A stretch of DNA of 64,000 bases, taken from an uncultured delta proteobacterium. Its GTDB lineage: Bacteria; Desulfobacterota; Binatia; UBA9968. The first letter of the stretch is position 1, and each line of letters starts with the position of its first letter. The stretch covers positions 1 to 64,000 of the forward strand of contig CAWJBB010000034.1 of the NCBI GenBank assembly GCA_963840855.1, in the 5' to 3' direction. Below are positions 9,868 to 20,431 of the stretch, one piece after another. The notes below the pieces were generated by a model, which ran no database searches, was not told the DNA's origin, and saw only the letters and a list, made by a program, of their open reading frames with translations. The translations under genes were made by a program, and so were the position numbers.

Positions 9868-10737
9868 CCTTAGGTTCACCTCCTTTCCCGTCACACATCT
9901 CGCTAATCTGTTTTGGTTAAGTTTTTTATATCGCACAAGTCTTTCAGACTTTCAAGGGCAATCCGCAAAATTACCCGGCGCAACCGCACCATGAATTGCG
10001 CCTCGGGTCTCGACGTATTCTTTCCCTCGACGATTCTTGGACAATCACAGCTCAGAAATTTGCTCGGCCGACATCCAAAAACTCACCGCTTTCTTTTCTT
10101 GCGGAATCACCCAATAGATTTTTCATCACCTCGGACAATAGTTCTGCGCAGTCGCGCATTTCTTCGCCGCAAATCGCAGACGGGGAAAATAGTTTGCATG
10201 CGCGGGCATTGTTCCAAAACAAACCGCGCTCAATCACCCGCCCGGTCAAAGCTGAAAAAATTTCTTCGCGCGGCAAAACTTTGAAAAAAATCCCAAAAGA
10301 ATTGTTTTCAAACAAAAAATTCAACGCCGGCGCCGCGGCTCGAGAACCGATGGTGTTCGGACAAACCAACATCAACTGTTAATAACTTGTTGATAATCGA
10401 ATAACCACGGGCCGCGGAGCGCGTAATAATCGCCCCCCTCAGCCAATTGCATAATTTCACGGCAATAAAACCTGCTAAACTCCGAAGAGTTACAGATATT
10501 GCCGACATTTTACGCTGCGCTTGGATTGGGCAACGATGATTCAAGCATCGAGGTCGTGACGGCCACTCAGCGCCGCACGATTGGCGATTATTTTCGTTAA
10601 CCAAACAGGGCCCTGTCCCGGCATCGTCAACCTGCGCCCAGTCACAGAATTCTCGAACACACACTGCCGGCGCTGCATTGGCAATCAATTGCGCTCCGAC
10701 CGCGCCGAATCGAAATATTCGCTACACAGCTGTTACG

Positions 10738-10766
10738 TTGACTCAGCGGCGGTCAGATGGTACAAA
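10738..10766 (+). promoter_or_regulatory. Putative sigma70 promoter of rpsT
   Basis: TTGACT-17 bp-TACAAA with an extended TG. Confidence 0.5.
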
Positions 10767-10792
10767 AAGCCCATCGAGTTTCGGAGGAAAAT

Positions 10793-11053
10793 GTGGCACG
10801 TCATCCGTCGGTCATCAAGAGACATCATCAAAGCCTAAAGCGGCACAAGCGCAACATGGAGACCAAGTCCAAGCTTAGAACGCTGATCAAGAAAGCGCGG
10901 CAACTTATTGAAGGCAAAAATCACGAAACGCTCTCAGCCCAGCTTCGCGTTGTCAACAAAGCTCTGGATAAGGCCGTGAGCAGGGGTATCATCAAGCGCA
11001 ATACCGCGTCGCGTTGGATATCTCGGCTCTCCAGCGCCACCCCAGCCGCCTAG
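10793..11053 (+). CDS. rpsT: 30S ribosomal protein S20
   Basis: GGAGG + GTG; SVIKRHHQS..RN..KS..RT..KK, DKAVSRGIIKRNTASR. Confidence 0.93.
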   Translation: MARHPSVIKRHHQSLKRHKRNMETKSKLRTLIKKARQLIEGKNHETLSAQLRVVNKALDKAVSRGIIKRNTASRWISRLSSATPAA

Positions 11054-11092
11054 TTCACTTCAACCAGAATTTAAAATGGTGCAGGCAGCCTG

Positions 11093-11698
11093 CTAGAACA
11101 TTTCCATAAGCCGCTGGAAAAGCTCCTGTGCAAAACGGTCCATCAACTGCTCCCGCGACCTGCTTTGCTGCGCTTCCGTGAGTTGGATATCAGTCATGCG
11201 GCGCACATCCGAGGTGTTGAGCGTCCCGGTTCGGAACTCTGACGAACTTATAACGACGGCCCCCCGCGAACCAGCGTAAATCTGCGTCAGCGTAATTGCC
11301 GGACCGCGCCAGAGAATTTCGTTGGGCTCGCGCCGGCGGAGGTTGAGGTCCACGATCATTTGGGCCTGCATCTGGAGCACTTCATCAAAGCGGTTGACCG
11401 AAGCGGTTATGCTTTCGAGCGACCGCACCACGCCGCTCAAAATCACATCCGCCTGCTCCGCCTGCTCCACCAGTCGCAAGCGCCCTTTGCGATACAATTC
11501 ACCGCGTATCGCCGTCGTCAGTTCCTTATCGATGCCCACTTCGCGGCTGCGGTTGATGAAAGGCTCGACATAGATAGTCTGGGCGTCTTTCGGTAAGAGA
11601 CCGCCTCCGCCACCGAATTGATACCCGCAGCCGCCCAGCGCCGCGCCCAGAACCAGCGAGATAATCGCGATAATCCACCGGCCCATTGTTTGTGCCAT
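11093..11698 (-). CDS. lptE: LPS assembly lipoprotein LptE family
   Basis: Lipobox GGCGYQF, directly downstream of leuS. Confidence 0.85.
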   Translation of the reverse strand: MAQTMGRWIIAIISLVLGAALGGCGYQFGGGGGLLPKDAQTIYVEPFINRSREVGIDKELTTAIRGELYRKGRLRLVEQAEQADVILSGVVRSLESITASVNRFDEVLQMQAQMIVDLNLRRREPNEILWRGPAITLTQIYAGSRGAVVISSSEFRTGTLNTSDVRRMTDIQLTEAQQSRSREQLMDRFAQELFQRLMEMF

Positions 11699-11704
11699 AT
11701 TCGT

Positions 11705-14302
11705 CTATCCCTCCACCACGATATTCAGCAAACGCCGCGGCACGTGCACGAGCCGCTGGATTTTTCTTTCGCCCAGAAAAGCGCTCACCCGCTCGTCCGC
11801 CAAAGCCACCCTTTCGATCCGTTCTTGGGTCACGTCCGCGGGAACCGTAATCTTGCCGCGCACCTTGCCGTTGACTTGCACGACGATGAGCAGTTCTTCC
11901 TGTTCCAGCGCTTCCGGCGCATAGCTCGGCCAGGGCGCGCGGTCCAGTCTGTCTTGATGCCCCAAATGCTGCCATAATTCGCTGGCGATATGGGGCACGA
12001 ACGGCGCCAATAAGACAACTATCGTTTCGACGCCGGCTTTCACCAGCCCGGCGCCGTCTCGCGTAAGCCTGGCATTTTGGGCAACGCCGCTCACCGCGTT
12101 GAAAAGCTCCATGATCGCCGCGATGGCGGTATTGAAATGGAACCTGCCGTCTATATCTTCAGTAACCTTCTTGATGGTCCGGTGGATCATGCGCCTGAGC
12201 TCGCGCAATTCGCCGCCCGTTTCTCCCGATCGTAGATCTATCCGCGCCCCCGCCAGCGCTTCTGAGTGCTGGTGCACGAAGCGCCACAAGCGCGATAGAA
12301 ACCGGAAGCCCCCCTCGACGCCTTGATCACTCCATTCGAGGTCTTTTTCCGGCGGCGCGGCAAAGAGCGTAAACAGGCGCGCCGTGTCCGCGCCGTAGGC
12401 GTTGACCAAGTCTTCGGGGTCGACGATGTTTTTCTTCGACTTGGACATCTTTTCGACCCGCCCCTTTTCCACTGGCCGATCGCATTGGGGGCACTTCCAA
12501 CCCTCTTTTTCAGAGCCGGCGAGCTCGCTGGGGAGAAGCCAGCCGTGCTCGCTGCAGCGGTAGGTTTCCTTGGACACCATGCCTTGCGTCAACAGATTCG
12601 CGAAGGGTTCATCCACTTTGGCCAGGCCGAGATCGCGCAGCGCCTTGGTAAAAAAACGCGCGTAGAGCAGATGCAGCACGGCATGTTCGACGCCGCCGAT
12701 GTATTGATCCACCGCCATCCAGTAGCCGGCCTTCTCCGGGTCAAAGGGAGCGCCATCGTAGCGCGAAGAGGTGAAGCGCAAGAAATACCAGGACGAATCT
12801 ACGAAGGTATCCATGGTGTCGGTCTCGCGGCGGGCGCTTTGTTGGCATCTGGGACAGGCAACTTGCGCGAAAGACTTGCTATCCGCAAGCGGCGAGCGGC
12901 CTTTGCCGGTGAACGGCACGTCCTTTGGCAGAGCCACCGGAAGTTGATCATCAGGCACGGGAACGATGCCGCAACTATCGCAATAGATGATTGGAATCGG
13001 GGTGCCCCAGTAGCGCTGGCGCGACACGCCCCAATCGCGCAGGCGATAACGAACCGCCCCTTTGCCCCAGCCTTTTTCTTCCAGATAGGTAGCGATCTTC
13101 TCTTTGCCCTCGCTATTGGCCAAACCCGAAAATTGCCCGCTATCCACCATCACGCCGTCATCGACATAGGCCTCCGTCATTTCCTCGGCCAGCAATATTC
13201 TATCCCGCGGCTGGATCACGACTCGGACCGGCAAACCGTATTTGCGGGCAAACTCGAAATCTCTCTGATCATGCGCCGGCACGGCCATCACCGCGCCCGT
13301 GCCATATGCCATCAAGACAAAATTAGCCACGTAGATGGGAATATTCTCCGCGGTAAAAGGATTACGGCAATAGGCGCCGGTGAAGACGCCTTCCTTTTCG
13401 CCTTCGTCGGCGCCGCGCTGGCTCTGGCTGGTGTTGCGGACCCGTTCGACGAAATCTATAACGGCGGCTTCTTGCCGAGTCCCGCGGCAAAGTTCGAGGG
13501 CCAGTGGATGTTCCGCGGCGATGGAGATAAAGGTCGCCCCGAAAACCGTGTCCTGGCGCGTGGTAAAGACCGTGAGGGATTCATTGCGTTCTAGGATCGG
13601 GAACCGGATCTCCGCGCCGATGGATTTGCCGATCCAGTTGCGCTGCATTGTGACGACCTTTTCGGGCCATCCCCCGAGCTGCTCCAGATCGCCGAGCAGC
13701 TCTTCGGCGTAATCGGTGATGCGGAAGAACCACTGCTCCAATTCCTTTTGCACCACCGCGGCGTCGCAGCGCCAGCAAGCGCCCTCGATAACCTGTTCGT
13801 TGGCTAACACCGTCTCGCAGGAAGGACACCAGTTGACCGATGAGCGCTTCTTGTACGCCAGCCCGCGCTCGAAGAAGCGCAGGAAGATCCACTGATTCCA
13901 GCGGTAATACTCCGCTTCGCAAGTCGCAACCTCGCGCTCCCAATCATAGGAAAGCCCCATGCGCTTTAGCTGCGTTTTCATGTAGCGGATATTTTCCTCG
14001 GTCCATTTCTCCGGGTGAATTCCCCTTTCAATGGCGGCGTTTTCCGCCGGCAGCCCGAAGGCGTCCCAGCCCATCGGATGAAGGACGTTATGGCCGCGCA
14101 TCCTTTTGTAGCGCGCCACGACGTCGCCAATTGAATAGTTCCGCACATGGCCCATGTGAATCCGCCCGGATGGATAGGGAAACATCTCAAGCACGTAATA
14201 CTTGGGTTTGCCGGCCGCCTCGTCGACCCGAAAGCTATTTTCTTCATCCCAAATTTTCTGCCACTTTTCTTCGATATCTTTGGGCCGGTAACGTTCTTCC
14301 AT
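11705..14302 (-). CDS. leuS: Leucine--tRNA ligase
   Basis: [31 protein letters not shown] editing motif, VQVNGKVR. Confidence 0.98.
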   Translation of the reverse strand: MEERYRPKDIEEKWQKIWDEENSFRVDEAAGKPKYYVLEMFPYPSGRIHMGHVRNYSIGDVVARYKRMRGHNVLHPMGWDAFGLPAENAAIERGIHPEKWTEENIRYMKTQLKRMGLSYDWEREVATCEAEYYRWNQWIFLRFFERGLAYKKRSSVNWCPSCETVLANEQVIEGACWRCDAAVVQKELEQWFFRITDYAEELLGDLEQLGGWPEKVVTMQRNWIGKSIGAEIRFPILERNESLTVFTTRQDTVFGATFISIAAEHPLALELCRGTRQEAAVIDFVERVRNTSQSQRGADEGEKEGVFTGAYCRNPFTAENIPIYVANFVLMAYGTGAVMAVPAHDQRDFEFARKYGLPVRVVIQPRDRILLAEEMTEAYVDDGVMVDSGQFSGLANSEGKEKIATYLEEKGWGKGAVRYRLRDWGVSRQRYWGTPIPIIYCDSCGIVPVPDDQLPVALPKDVPFTGKGRSPLADSKSFAQVACPRCQQSARRETDTMDTFVDSSWYFLRFTSSRYDGAPFDPEKAGYWMAVDQYIGGVEHAVLHLLYARFFTKALRDLGLAKVDEPFANLLTQGMVSKETYRCSEHGWLLPSELAGSEKEGWKCPQCDRPVEKGRVEKMSKSKKNIVDPEDLVNAYGADTARLFTLFAAPPEKDLEWSDQGVEGGFRFLSRLWRFVHQHSEALAGARIDLRSGETGGELRELRRMIHRTIKKVTEDIDGRFHFNTAIAAIMELFNAVSGVAQNARLTRDGAGLVKAGVETIVVLLAPFVPHIASELWQHLGHQDRLDRAPWPSYAPEALEQEELLIVVQVNGKVRGKITVPADVTQERIERVALADERVSAFLGERKIQRLVHVPRRLLNIVVEG

Positions 14303-14317
14303 ATTCAGATCGCTTCA

Positions 14318-14400
14318 GTTCAAGGTTCAATGTTCAAGTCGTTCTGAAACTCGAACCTCCTATCCAAATACTTTGAACTTTTGAACATTGAACCTTGAAC
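14318..14400. repeat. Heptamer (GTTCAAN)n inverted-repeat element, copy 1
   Basis: GTTCAAGGTTCAATGTTCAA ... TTGAACATTGAACCTTGAAC, a perfect 20-bp IR. Confidence 0.85.
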
Positions 14401-14404
14401 TCCC

Positions 14405-14839
14405 CTATCCCATGATACCGCTCGCCCGCGCCACCTGGTCCAACACGCCATTGATAAACGCCGGGGAGTCGCCGGTGCCGAAGCGTTTGGCGATCTCGAT
14501 GGCCTCATCGAGGCTGACATTGGCGGGTATATCCGGGCAAAAAATCAATTCATAAGTGGCCATGCGCAACAGCACGAGATCAACCTTTGCAAGCCGCCCC
14601 AGTTTCCAGTTCTCCGTGCATTGTGCGATGCGACGATCGATCTCCACCCGTTGGCTAACGACTCCGGAAACCAGTTCGCGCGCGAAATCCTTCGCCCTGG
14701 CGTTACCTTCAAAATGACCGAGAAATAGGTCCACCGCGTCCGCTGAGGTGTCGCCGGTGATCTCGATTTGATACAGCGCCTGTAGAGCCAACTCGCGGCC
14801 CTTGCGCCGGTTGCTTCTGCTCGAGCCGGCGGTCTCCAT
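14405..14839 (-). CDS. nusB: Transcription antitermination factor NusB
   Basis: RRKGRELALQALYQ, EAIEIAKRFG, FINGVLD. Confidence 0.95.
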   Translation of the reverse strand: METAGSSRSNRRKGRELALQALYQIEITGDTSADAVDLFLGHFEGNARAKDFARELVSGVVSQRVEIDRRIAQCTENWKLGRLAKVDLVLLRMATYELIFCPDIPANVSLDEAIEIAKRFGTGDSPAFINGVLDQVARASGIMG

Positions 14840-14900
14840 GGTTTCCTGATTCGGTGACAAGAATATCTCCGGATGGCCCGGGTCGCTCTGCCGCGGACGG

Positions 14901-15374
14901 TTACTCACGGGGGAGAAGTCGAATCACGTTGGCCATCTCCACCGCTGTCAGCGCTGCCTCGTAGCCTTTGTTGGCGTCTTTCGTGCCGGAGCGTTCCATG
15001 GCTTGCTGGCTATCGTTAGTAGTCAACACGCCGAAGCCGATCGGTATTTGATACTGTCGCATGGCCGCTAAAATGCCGCTCGTGACCGCGTCCGAGACAT
15101 ACTCAAAGTGCGGCGTATCGCCCCGTATCACCGCGCCGAGGCAAACCAGGGCATCATAATCGCCGCTGGCCGCCATTTTTTCCGCCATGAGCGAGATCTC
15201 AAAGGCCCCCGGCACTCGCGCTACCGTAATCCGTTCATCTTCGCCGCCGTGGCTCTTGAGTCCATCGAGGGCGCCGTCGAGCAATTTGTCAGTGATGAAT
15301 TGATTGAACCGGCTGACGATGATGCCGATCCTGAGCCCGCGCGCGTCGGCTTTACTTTCAATAATTTTCACCAT
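14901..15374 (-). CDS. ribH: 6,7-dimethyl-8-ribityllumazine synthase
   Basis: SRFN, VPGAFE, LGAVIRGDTPHF, FGVLT. Confidence 0.96.
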   Translation of the reverse strand: MVKIIESKADARGLRIGIIVSRFNQFITDKLLDGALDGLKSHGGEDERITVARVPGAFEISLMAEKMAASGDYDALVCLGAVIRGDTPHFEYVSDAVTSGILAAMRQYQIPIGFGVLTTNDSQQAMERSGTKDANKGYEAALTAVEMANVIRLLPRE

Positions 15375-15401
15375 GGCTCGATAAAAAACGAACCGCTCAG
15401 C

Positions 15402-16625
15402 CTAAGACTTCACGGTCCTGGCGTCAAGATTTGTAAACAGATGGCCGAGCTTGCTTTGTTTGGTCCGCAGATACTGAAGATTGGTCGCACCGGGCGGGAT
15501 CTCTAGAGGCACCCTCTCGACGACATCGAGGCCGTAACTTTCCAGGCCGGAGATCTTGCGCGGATTGTTGGTCAATAGTCGAATTTGCTCGACGCCCAAT
15601 TCGCGCAACATCTGGGCGCCGACGCCGTAATCCCTGAGATCCTCCTTGAAGCCCAACTCCAGATTCGCTTCCACGGTGTCCCGCCCCTGGTCCTGTAAAC
15701 CGTAGGCCCTGATCTTGTTGGTAAGGCCGATCCCTCTGCCTTCTTGATGCATGTAAACCAGCACGCCCCGGCCCTCAGCGTCGATGAGTTTTAGGGACTG
15801 GCGAATCTGATCGCCGCAATCGCAACGCTCGGAGCCGAACACGTCGCCGGTGAGACACTCGGAATGCAACCGAACGAGTACGCCGCCGCCGCCGATGTCC
15901 CCTTTCACCAGCGCCATATGTTCGGCATTATCCACTTCGTTGCGGTAAACGATCGCTTTGTACATGCCGCCGTGGATCGTTGGAAATTCTTCTTCGGCGA
16001 CGCGCTTGACCAGCCGCTCATTACGCAAGCGGTAAGCGATCAAGCTAGCCACGGAGATAATTTTGTGCCCTTGCCGCTCGACGAGACGCTCCAACGAGGG
16101 CAACAGCGCGACGGAGCCGTCGTCTTCGAGAATCTGGCAAATAGCGCCGGCGGGTTTGTAACCCGCCAGGCGCGCCAAATCCACCGAAGCTTCACTGCGG
16201 CCCGAGCGTGCCAAGACGCCGCCGCTACGCGCTTGGAGCGGCTGGACATGTCCCGGCACGACGATATCTTCATGCCGGGTTTGCTCGGCAATGGCCGCCT
16301 GGATCGTATGGGCGCGCCCCTGGGCCGAAACCCCATGCACGCCTTCAAGACGGACAGTGAAGGAGGCGCCACATAGAAGCCCGCGCAACTTGCTGTTTTC
16401 CTCGGGCACCAGCAGAATTCCCAGCTCGCGAATGCGCTCGTCGGTGAGAGTGACATACACGATCCCGCGCCCGTGGCTGAGCATGTAATTGACGCTCTCA
16501 GCGGTCACCTTCTCGGCTGGTAGAAAGAAAAAACCGTCGCTGTCGGGGGCTTCCTCGTTAATGAGGATCACCATGCGGCCGGCGCGAATTTCTTCTAGAG
16601 CTTCTTCAATACTGGCGAGGGGCAT
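15402..16625 (-). CDS. ribBA: RibBA fusion: intact GTP cyclohydrolase II, degenerate DHBP synthase domain
   Basis: RLHSECLTGDVFGSERCDCG, QEGRGIG, RDYG and TNNPRK intact; RibB motifs substituted. Confidence 0.92.
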   Translation of the reverse strand: MPLASIEEALEEIRAGRMVILINEEAPDSDGFFFLPAEKVTAESVNYMLSHGRGIVYVTLTDERIRELGILLVPEENSKLRGLLCGASFTVRLEGVHGVSAQGRAHTIQAAIAEQTRHEDIVVPGHVQPLQARSGGVLARSGRSEASVDLARLAGYKPAGAICQILEDDGSVALLPSLERLVERQGHKIISVASLIAYRLRNERLVKRVAEEEFPTIHGGMYKAIVYRNEVDNAEHMALVKGDIGGGGVLVRLHSECLTGDVFGSERCDCGDQIRQSLKLIDAEGRGVLVYMHQEGRGIGLTNKIRAYGLQDQGRDTVEANLELGFKEDLRDYGVGAQMLRELGVEQIRLLTNNPRKISGLESYGLDVVERVPLEIPPGATNLQYLRTKQSKLGHLFTNLDARTVKS

Positions 16626-16669
16626 GGGTCAAGATTTGACGAGAGTGCCGTTACTGCCTAGCCCGAGCA

Positions 16670-17263
16670 TCACCTGCGATTGGCCATGAAACTATGAACA
16701 TATTTGCCGATTAAATCCGTTTCGATGTTGACCTTATCACCAACCCTACGGGCGCGCAAATTAGTGTGGCGCAGAGTGAAAGGAATGATCGCCACGGAAA
16801 AACGCTCTCTACGACATTCATTGACCGTCAGACTGATGCCGTCCATTGCGACGGAGCCCTTGGGCACGAGCAGCACGCCGAGCTTGGCCGGCACGTGAAA
16901 GGTAAAAAACGTGAACTCGCCTTTTCTCAAAATGTCGGACACCGTAGCGATCCCATCCACATGCCCGGTGACCAGATGCCCGCCGAGCGGAGCACCGAGG
17001 CGCATGGGCCGCTCCAGATTGACCAGGGAGCCGGCGCGCAATTTCTCTAGATTCGTACATCTCAGGGTTTCCGGTGATACATCCACGACGAAAGCGCCGC
17101 GTCCCTTTTTCACCACGGTGAGGCAGGCACCATTGACGGCGACGCTGGCACCGAGCTTCATGGCGCCCACGGGCAATTCCGTGCCAACCGTGAGCACCAC
17201 AGAGCGGTCGCCCTTGCGCAGGGCTTTGATTCTTCCCACGCCCTCAACGAGTCCGGTGAACAT
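16670..17263 (-). CDS. ribE: Riboflavin synthase (alpha chain)
   Basis: MFTGLVE start, NGACLTV, GGHLVTGHVD, GISLTV. Confidence 0.96.
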   Translation of the reverse strand: MFTGLVEGVGRIKALRKGDRSVVLTVGTELPVGAMKLGASVAVNGACLTVVKKGRGAFVVDVSPETLRCTNLEKLRAGSLVNLERPMRLGAPLGGHLVTGHVDGIATVSDILRKGEFTFFTFHVPAKLGVLLVPKGSVAMDGISLTVNECRRERFSVAIIPFTLRHTNLRARRVGDKVNIETDLIGKYVHSFMANRR

Positions 17264-17274
17264 AACGGTAAATT

Positions 17275-17449
17275 CTCGTGTCCTGTCCCTAAAGGTGGCA
17301 AGAGAAGCCGGTGGCGTTTCCAACGTCATGCCCGCGAAAGCGGGCATCCAGATGCAGTTACTTTTTCTGGATTCCGGGTCGCGCTAGCTATCGCCAGCTT
17401 GCCCGGAATGACGAATGAATCATGTAACGATCCCGAGACACCGCACTAG
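17275..17449. mobile_element. About 175-bp MITE-like element with CTAG-type ends and a GTCAT...ATGAC palindromic core, copy 1
   Basis: Core CTGGATTCCGGGTCGCGCTAGCTATCGCCAGCTTGCCCGGAATGAC shared with the copies at 39194 and 52472. Confidence 0.75.
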
Positions 17450-17469
17450 CCTAAAGTCTGCGCCATGAG

Positions 17470-18573
17470 TCACAAATAGCCCGACACTACGATATCAGCA
17501 CCCGACTTGGCGACCTCCAATCGCTGCACCTGGAGGGATTTTTTCACCGACTTGATTCCCAAACCATCGATCATCACCCGCCCGTCGCCGCCGATGATCT
17601 TCGGCGCGTAGAAAAACAATATCTTGTCCACGGCCTTGGCCTTGAGAGCGCGGGCGGCGGTTGCGGCCCCTCCTTCGATTATCACGCTCTGTATGCCCTG
17701 GCGCGCAAGTCCTTTTAGTACCGCCCTCCAGGTAATTTTGCCATTGCGCTCCGCCAGCCGCAAAACCTTTGCGCCCCGCGCTTCCACCGCGCGAACGCGC
17801 GCCGCGGGACTTCGGCGACTGGTCACCACAAGGGTCTTTTCCGGGTCGCGCAGACGAAAGAGTTGTGCCGACGGCGCGATACGGAGCCGCCGGTCCAAAA
17901 CCACACGCCACGGATTGCGCCCTCCGGCTATCCGGCAAGTGAGCTGCGGATCGTCGGTGATCACAGTGCCGGAGCCAACCAAAACCGCGTCCACTTGGGC
18001 GCGCAGCCGGTGGACTATTTTGCGCGAGTCCTCGCCGCTTATCCAATGCGAGTCTCCGCTCACGGTTGCGATCTTGCCGTCTAAAGAAGCGGCAAGTTTC
18101 AATATCACGAACGGCAGCCCTCGGCTGATGAATTTAATGAACGCTTCATTGAGCGCGCGGCATTCATCTTCTAATAGGCCGGCAGATACGGCGATGCCGG
18201 CGCGCCGAAGCGCGCCGAATCCGCTGCCCGAAACCAACGGGTTGGGATCCTTCATTCCGGCGAAGACTGCTTTGACTCCCGCCCTTATAAGCGCGCGGCT
18301 GCACGGCGGCGTGCGCCCGAAATGGCTGCAAGGCTCCAGGTTGACGTAGAGCGTCGCGCCCCGGGCTTTCTTGCCGGCCCGCTTCAAAGCGACGATCTCG
18401 GCGTGGTCGGTGCCGGCTGCTTTGTGATAACCGGTGGCGATAACTCTTCCGCCGCGCACGAGCACCGCGCCGACCATGGGATTGGGAGTCGTTCGTCCGG
18501 CGGCTTTTAGCGCCAGGCGGCATGCCATGCGCATGAAGCTGCGGTCGGCGTCGCGCCAGGATGGCTCGGTCAA
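17470..18573 (-). CDS. ribD: Bifunctional riboflavin deaminase/reductase RibD
   Basis: PNPMVG, HAE, LEPCSHFGRTPPC, ASLDGKIA, IEGG. Confidence 0.96.
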   Translation of the reverse strand: MTEPSWRDADRSFMRMACRLALKAAGRTTPNPMVGAVLVRGGRVIATGYHKAAGTDHAEIVALKRAGKKARGATLYVNLEPCSHFGRTPPCSRALIRAGVKAVFAGMKDPNPLVSGSGFGALRRAGIAVSAGLLEDECRALNEAFIKFISRGLPFVILKLAASLDGKIATVSGDSHWISGEDSRKIVHRLRAQVDAVLVGSGTVITDDPQLTCRIAGGRNPWRVVLDRRLRIAPSAQLFRLRDPEKTLVVTSRRSPAARVRAVEARGAKVLRLAERNGKITWRAVLKGLARQGIQSVIIEGGAATAARALKAKAVDKILFFYAPKIIGGDGRVMIDGLGIKSVKKSLQVQRLEVAKSGADIVVSGYL

Positions 18574-18575
18574 CG

Positions 18576-19082
18576 TTAAGGCTCTCTTCTTTGCCTGCCG
18601 GCGCCGGCCGGCTCCGTGGGATGGCGCTTGCGCTCTTTGATCAGATCTTCCAACTCAGCCATGAACTCGCCGATATCCTTGAAAGACCGGTAGACGGATG
18701 CGAACCGCACATAGGCCACCTGGTCGATGTCATGCAGTTCGCGCATGAGCGCTTCGCCGATGACGGAAGCTGGAATTTCTTTTTCACCGCGTTCCGAGAG
18801 CGTGCGCTCGATGCGGTCGGCGACAGCCTCGATGGTATCAATACTCACCGGGCGTTTTTCGCAGGCGCGCTTGAGACCGTTAATGATTTTCGTCCGATCG
18901 TAATTTTCGCGCCGGCCGTCTTTCTTCACCACCAGAGGTATCATCTCCTCGACCCGTTCATAGGTTGTAAAGCGCCGACTGCACCGGTTGCATTCGCGCC
19001 GGCGCCGAATCATGTTGCTGTCTTTGCTCAGCCGAGAATCGATGACCCGGTTATCGGTCTCGTGGCAAAAGGGGCATTTCAT
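18576..19082 (-). CDS. nrdR: Transcriptional repressor NrdR
   Basis: MKCPFC, IRRRREC..C..RFTTYE, ATP cone, [10 protein letters not shown]. Confidence 0.97.
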   Translation of the reverse strand: MKCPFCHETDNRVIDSRLSKDSNMIRRRRECNRCSRRFTTYERVEEMIPLVVKKDGRRENYDRTKIINGLKRACEKRPVSIDTIEAVADRIERTLSERGEKEIPASVIGEALMRELHDIDQVAYVRFASVYRSFKDIGEFMAELEDLIKERKRHPTEPAGAGRQRREP

Positions 19083-19154
19083 GGTCTTGAGGCAGTAGGC
19101 AGTAGGCAACAAGCATTCGGGTGAGGGACCATTGCCGAGTGCCTAGTGCCTCTT

Positions 19155-20408
19155 TCACTGCTTTGGCAAACGGTGAGGATATACGGGAAATTTTTGGCAC
19201 AGCTCGCCCACATCAACAGCGATGGCCGTGAGCGCGCCTTCATCGCCCACGGAGTTGAGCGCCCGCACGATAAAATCACCGATCGACTTCGCTTCCTGCT
19301 CCTTCATGCCCCGGCTGGTGACAGCAGGGGTGCCCAAGCGAATACCGCTCGTAACGAAGGGGGAGCGCGTGTCGAAGGGCACCGCGTTTCGGTTGACCGT
19401 GATGTGCGCTTTGTCCAGGGTCTCCTGAGCGACTTTGCCGGTCAACTCCGACTGGCGCAAGTCCACTAACATCAGATGATTATCCGTGCCCCCCGACGTT
19501 AACCGGAACCCATGGGCGGTCAACTTGGCCGCCAATGCCCGCGCGTTCTTGATAACTTGGCGTTGGTAATCGTTGAACGCTGGGCTCAGGGCTTCCTTCA
19601 ATGCCACCGCCTTGGCAGCGATCACGTGCATGAGCGGCCCGCCCTGCATACCGGGAAACACTCTACTATCGATGGTCTTGGCATGTTCCGCGCGGCACAT
19701 GACGAGACCGCCGCGCGGACCGCGCAGCGTCTTGTGGGTCGTCGTGGTTACGAAGTCGGCGTAGGGCACCGGGCTTGGATGCAAACCCGCCGCCACTAAA
19801 CCCGCAATATGCGCCATGTCGACCATGAACAGCGCGCCGACTTCGTCCGCGATCTGGCGAAATCTGGCGTAGTCGATGACCCGCGGGTATGCGCTGGCAC
19901 CGGCAATGATCAATTTCGGTCTATGTTCCTTCGCCAGCCGTTCGACTTCGTCGTAGTCGATGGTTTCGGTCTGTTCGGATACTCCGTAGGGAACGACCTT
20001 ATATAGGATGCCGGAAAAGTTAACCGGGCTGCCCATCGATAGGTGGCCGCCGTGGGCGAGATTCATGCCCAAATAAGTATCCCCCGGCTTGAGCACTGAA
20101 AGATACACCGCCATGTTTGCCTGAGAACCGGAATGGGGCTGGACGTTGACATGATCGGCGCCGAATAATTCCTTGGCGCGGGCGATGGCCAGGGATTCGA
20201 CGATGTCTACATATTCGCAGCCCCCGTAGTAACGCTTGCCGGGATAGCCCTCGGCGTATTTGTTCGTCATCACGCAACCCTGGGCCTCTAACACAGCCTC
20301 GCTGACGACGTTTTCCGAAGCGATGAGTTCCAGGTTGCCTTCCAGCCTTTGAGTTTCTTTTTGAATCGCCGCAAATACTTCGGCGTCCGTGTCCCGCAAA
20401 TATGACAT
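19155..20408 (-). CDS. glyA: Serine hydroxymethyltransferase
   Basis: [35 protein letters not shown]. Confidence 0.98.
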   Translation of the reverse strand: MSYLRDTDAEVFAAIQKETQRLEGNLELIASENVVSEAVLEAQGCVMTNKYAEGYPGKRYYGGCEYVDIVESLAIARAKELFGADHVNVQPHSGSQANMAVYLSVLKPGDTYLGMNLAHGGHLSMGSPVNFSGILYKVVPYGVSEQTETIDYDEVERLAKEHRPKLIIAGASAYPRVIDYARFRQIADEVGALFMVDMAHIAGLVAAGLHPSPVPYADFVTTTTHKTLRGPRGGLVMCRAEHAKTIDSRVFPGMQGGPLMHVIAAKAVALKEALSPAFNDYQRQVIKNARALAAKLTAHGFRLTSGGTDNHLMLVDLRQSELTGKVAQETLDKAHITVNRNAVPFDTRSPFVTSGIRLGTPAVTSRGMKEQEAKSIGDFIVRALNSVGDEGALTAIAVDVGELCQKFPVYPHRLPKQ

Positions 20409-20431
20409 GCTATCGCTCGTTTCTCCGCGGT

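Noticed and set aside
9870-10735. Replication origin
   Set aside because: No TTATCCACA-type DnaA boxes seen and no dnaA/gidA context
12480-12560. Extra CxxH/CxxC Zn knuckle before KMSKS in LeuRS
   Set aside because: Falls in the variable leucine-specific domain; lineage variation here is expected
12323-13594. Long antisense ORFs (this 423-aa one, also 50272-51177 and 57891-58913)
   Set aside because: Shadows of high-GC coding genes on the opposite strand, with no motifs or RBS
17275-17449. FMN riboswitch inside the rib operon
   Set aside because: No RFN consensus, and the same sequence recurs at two unrelated loci
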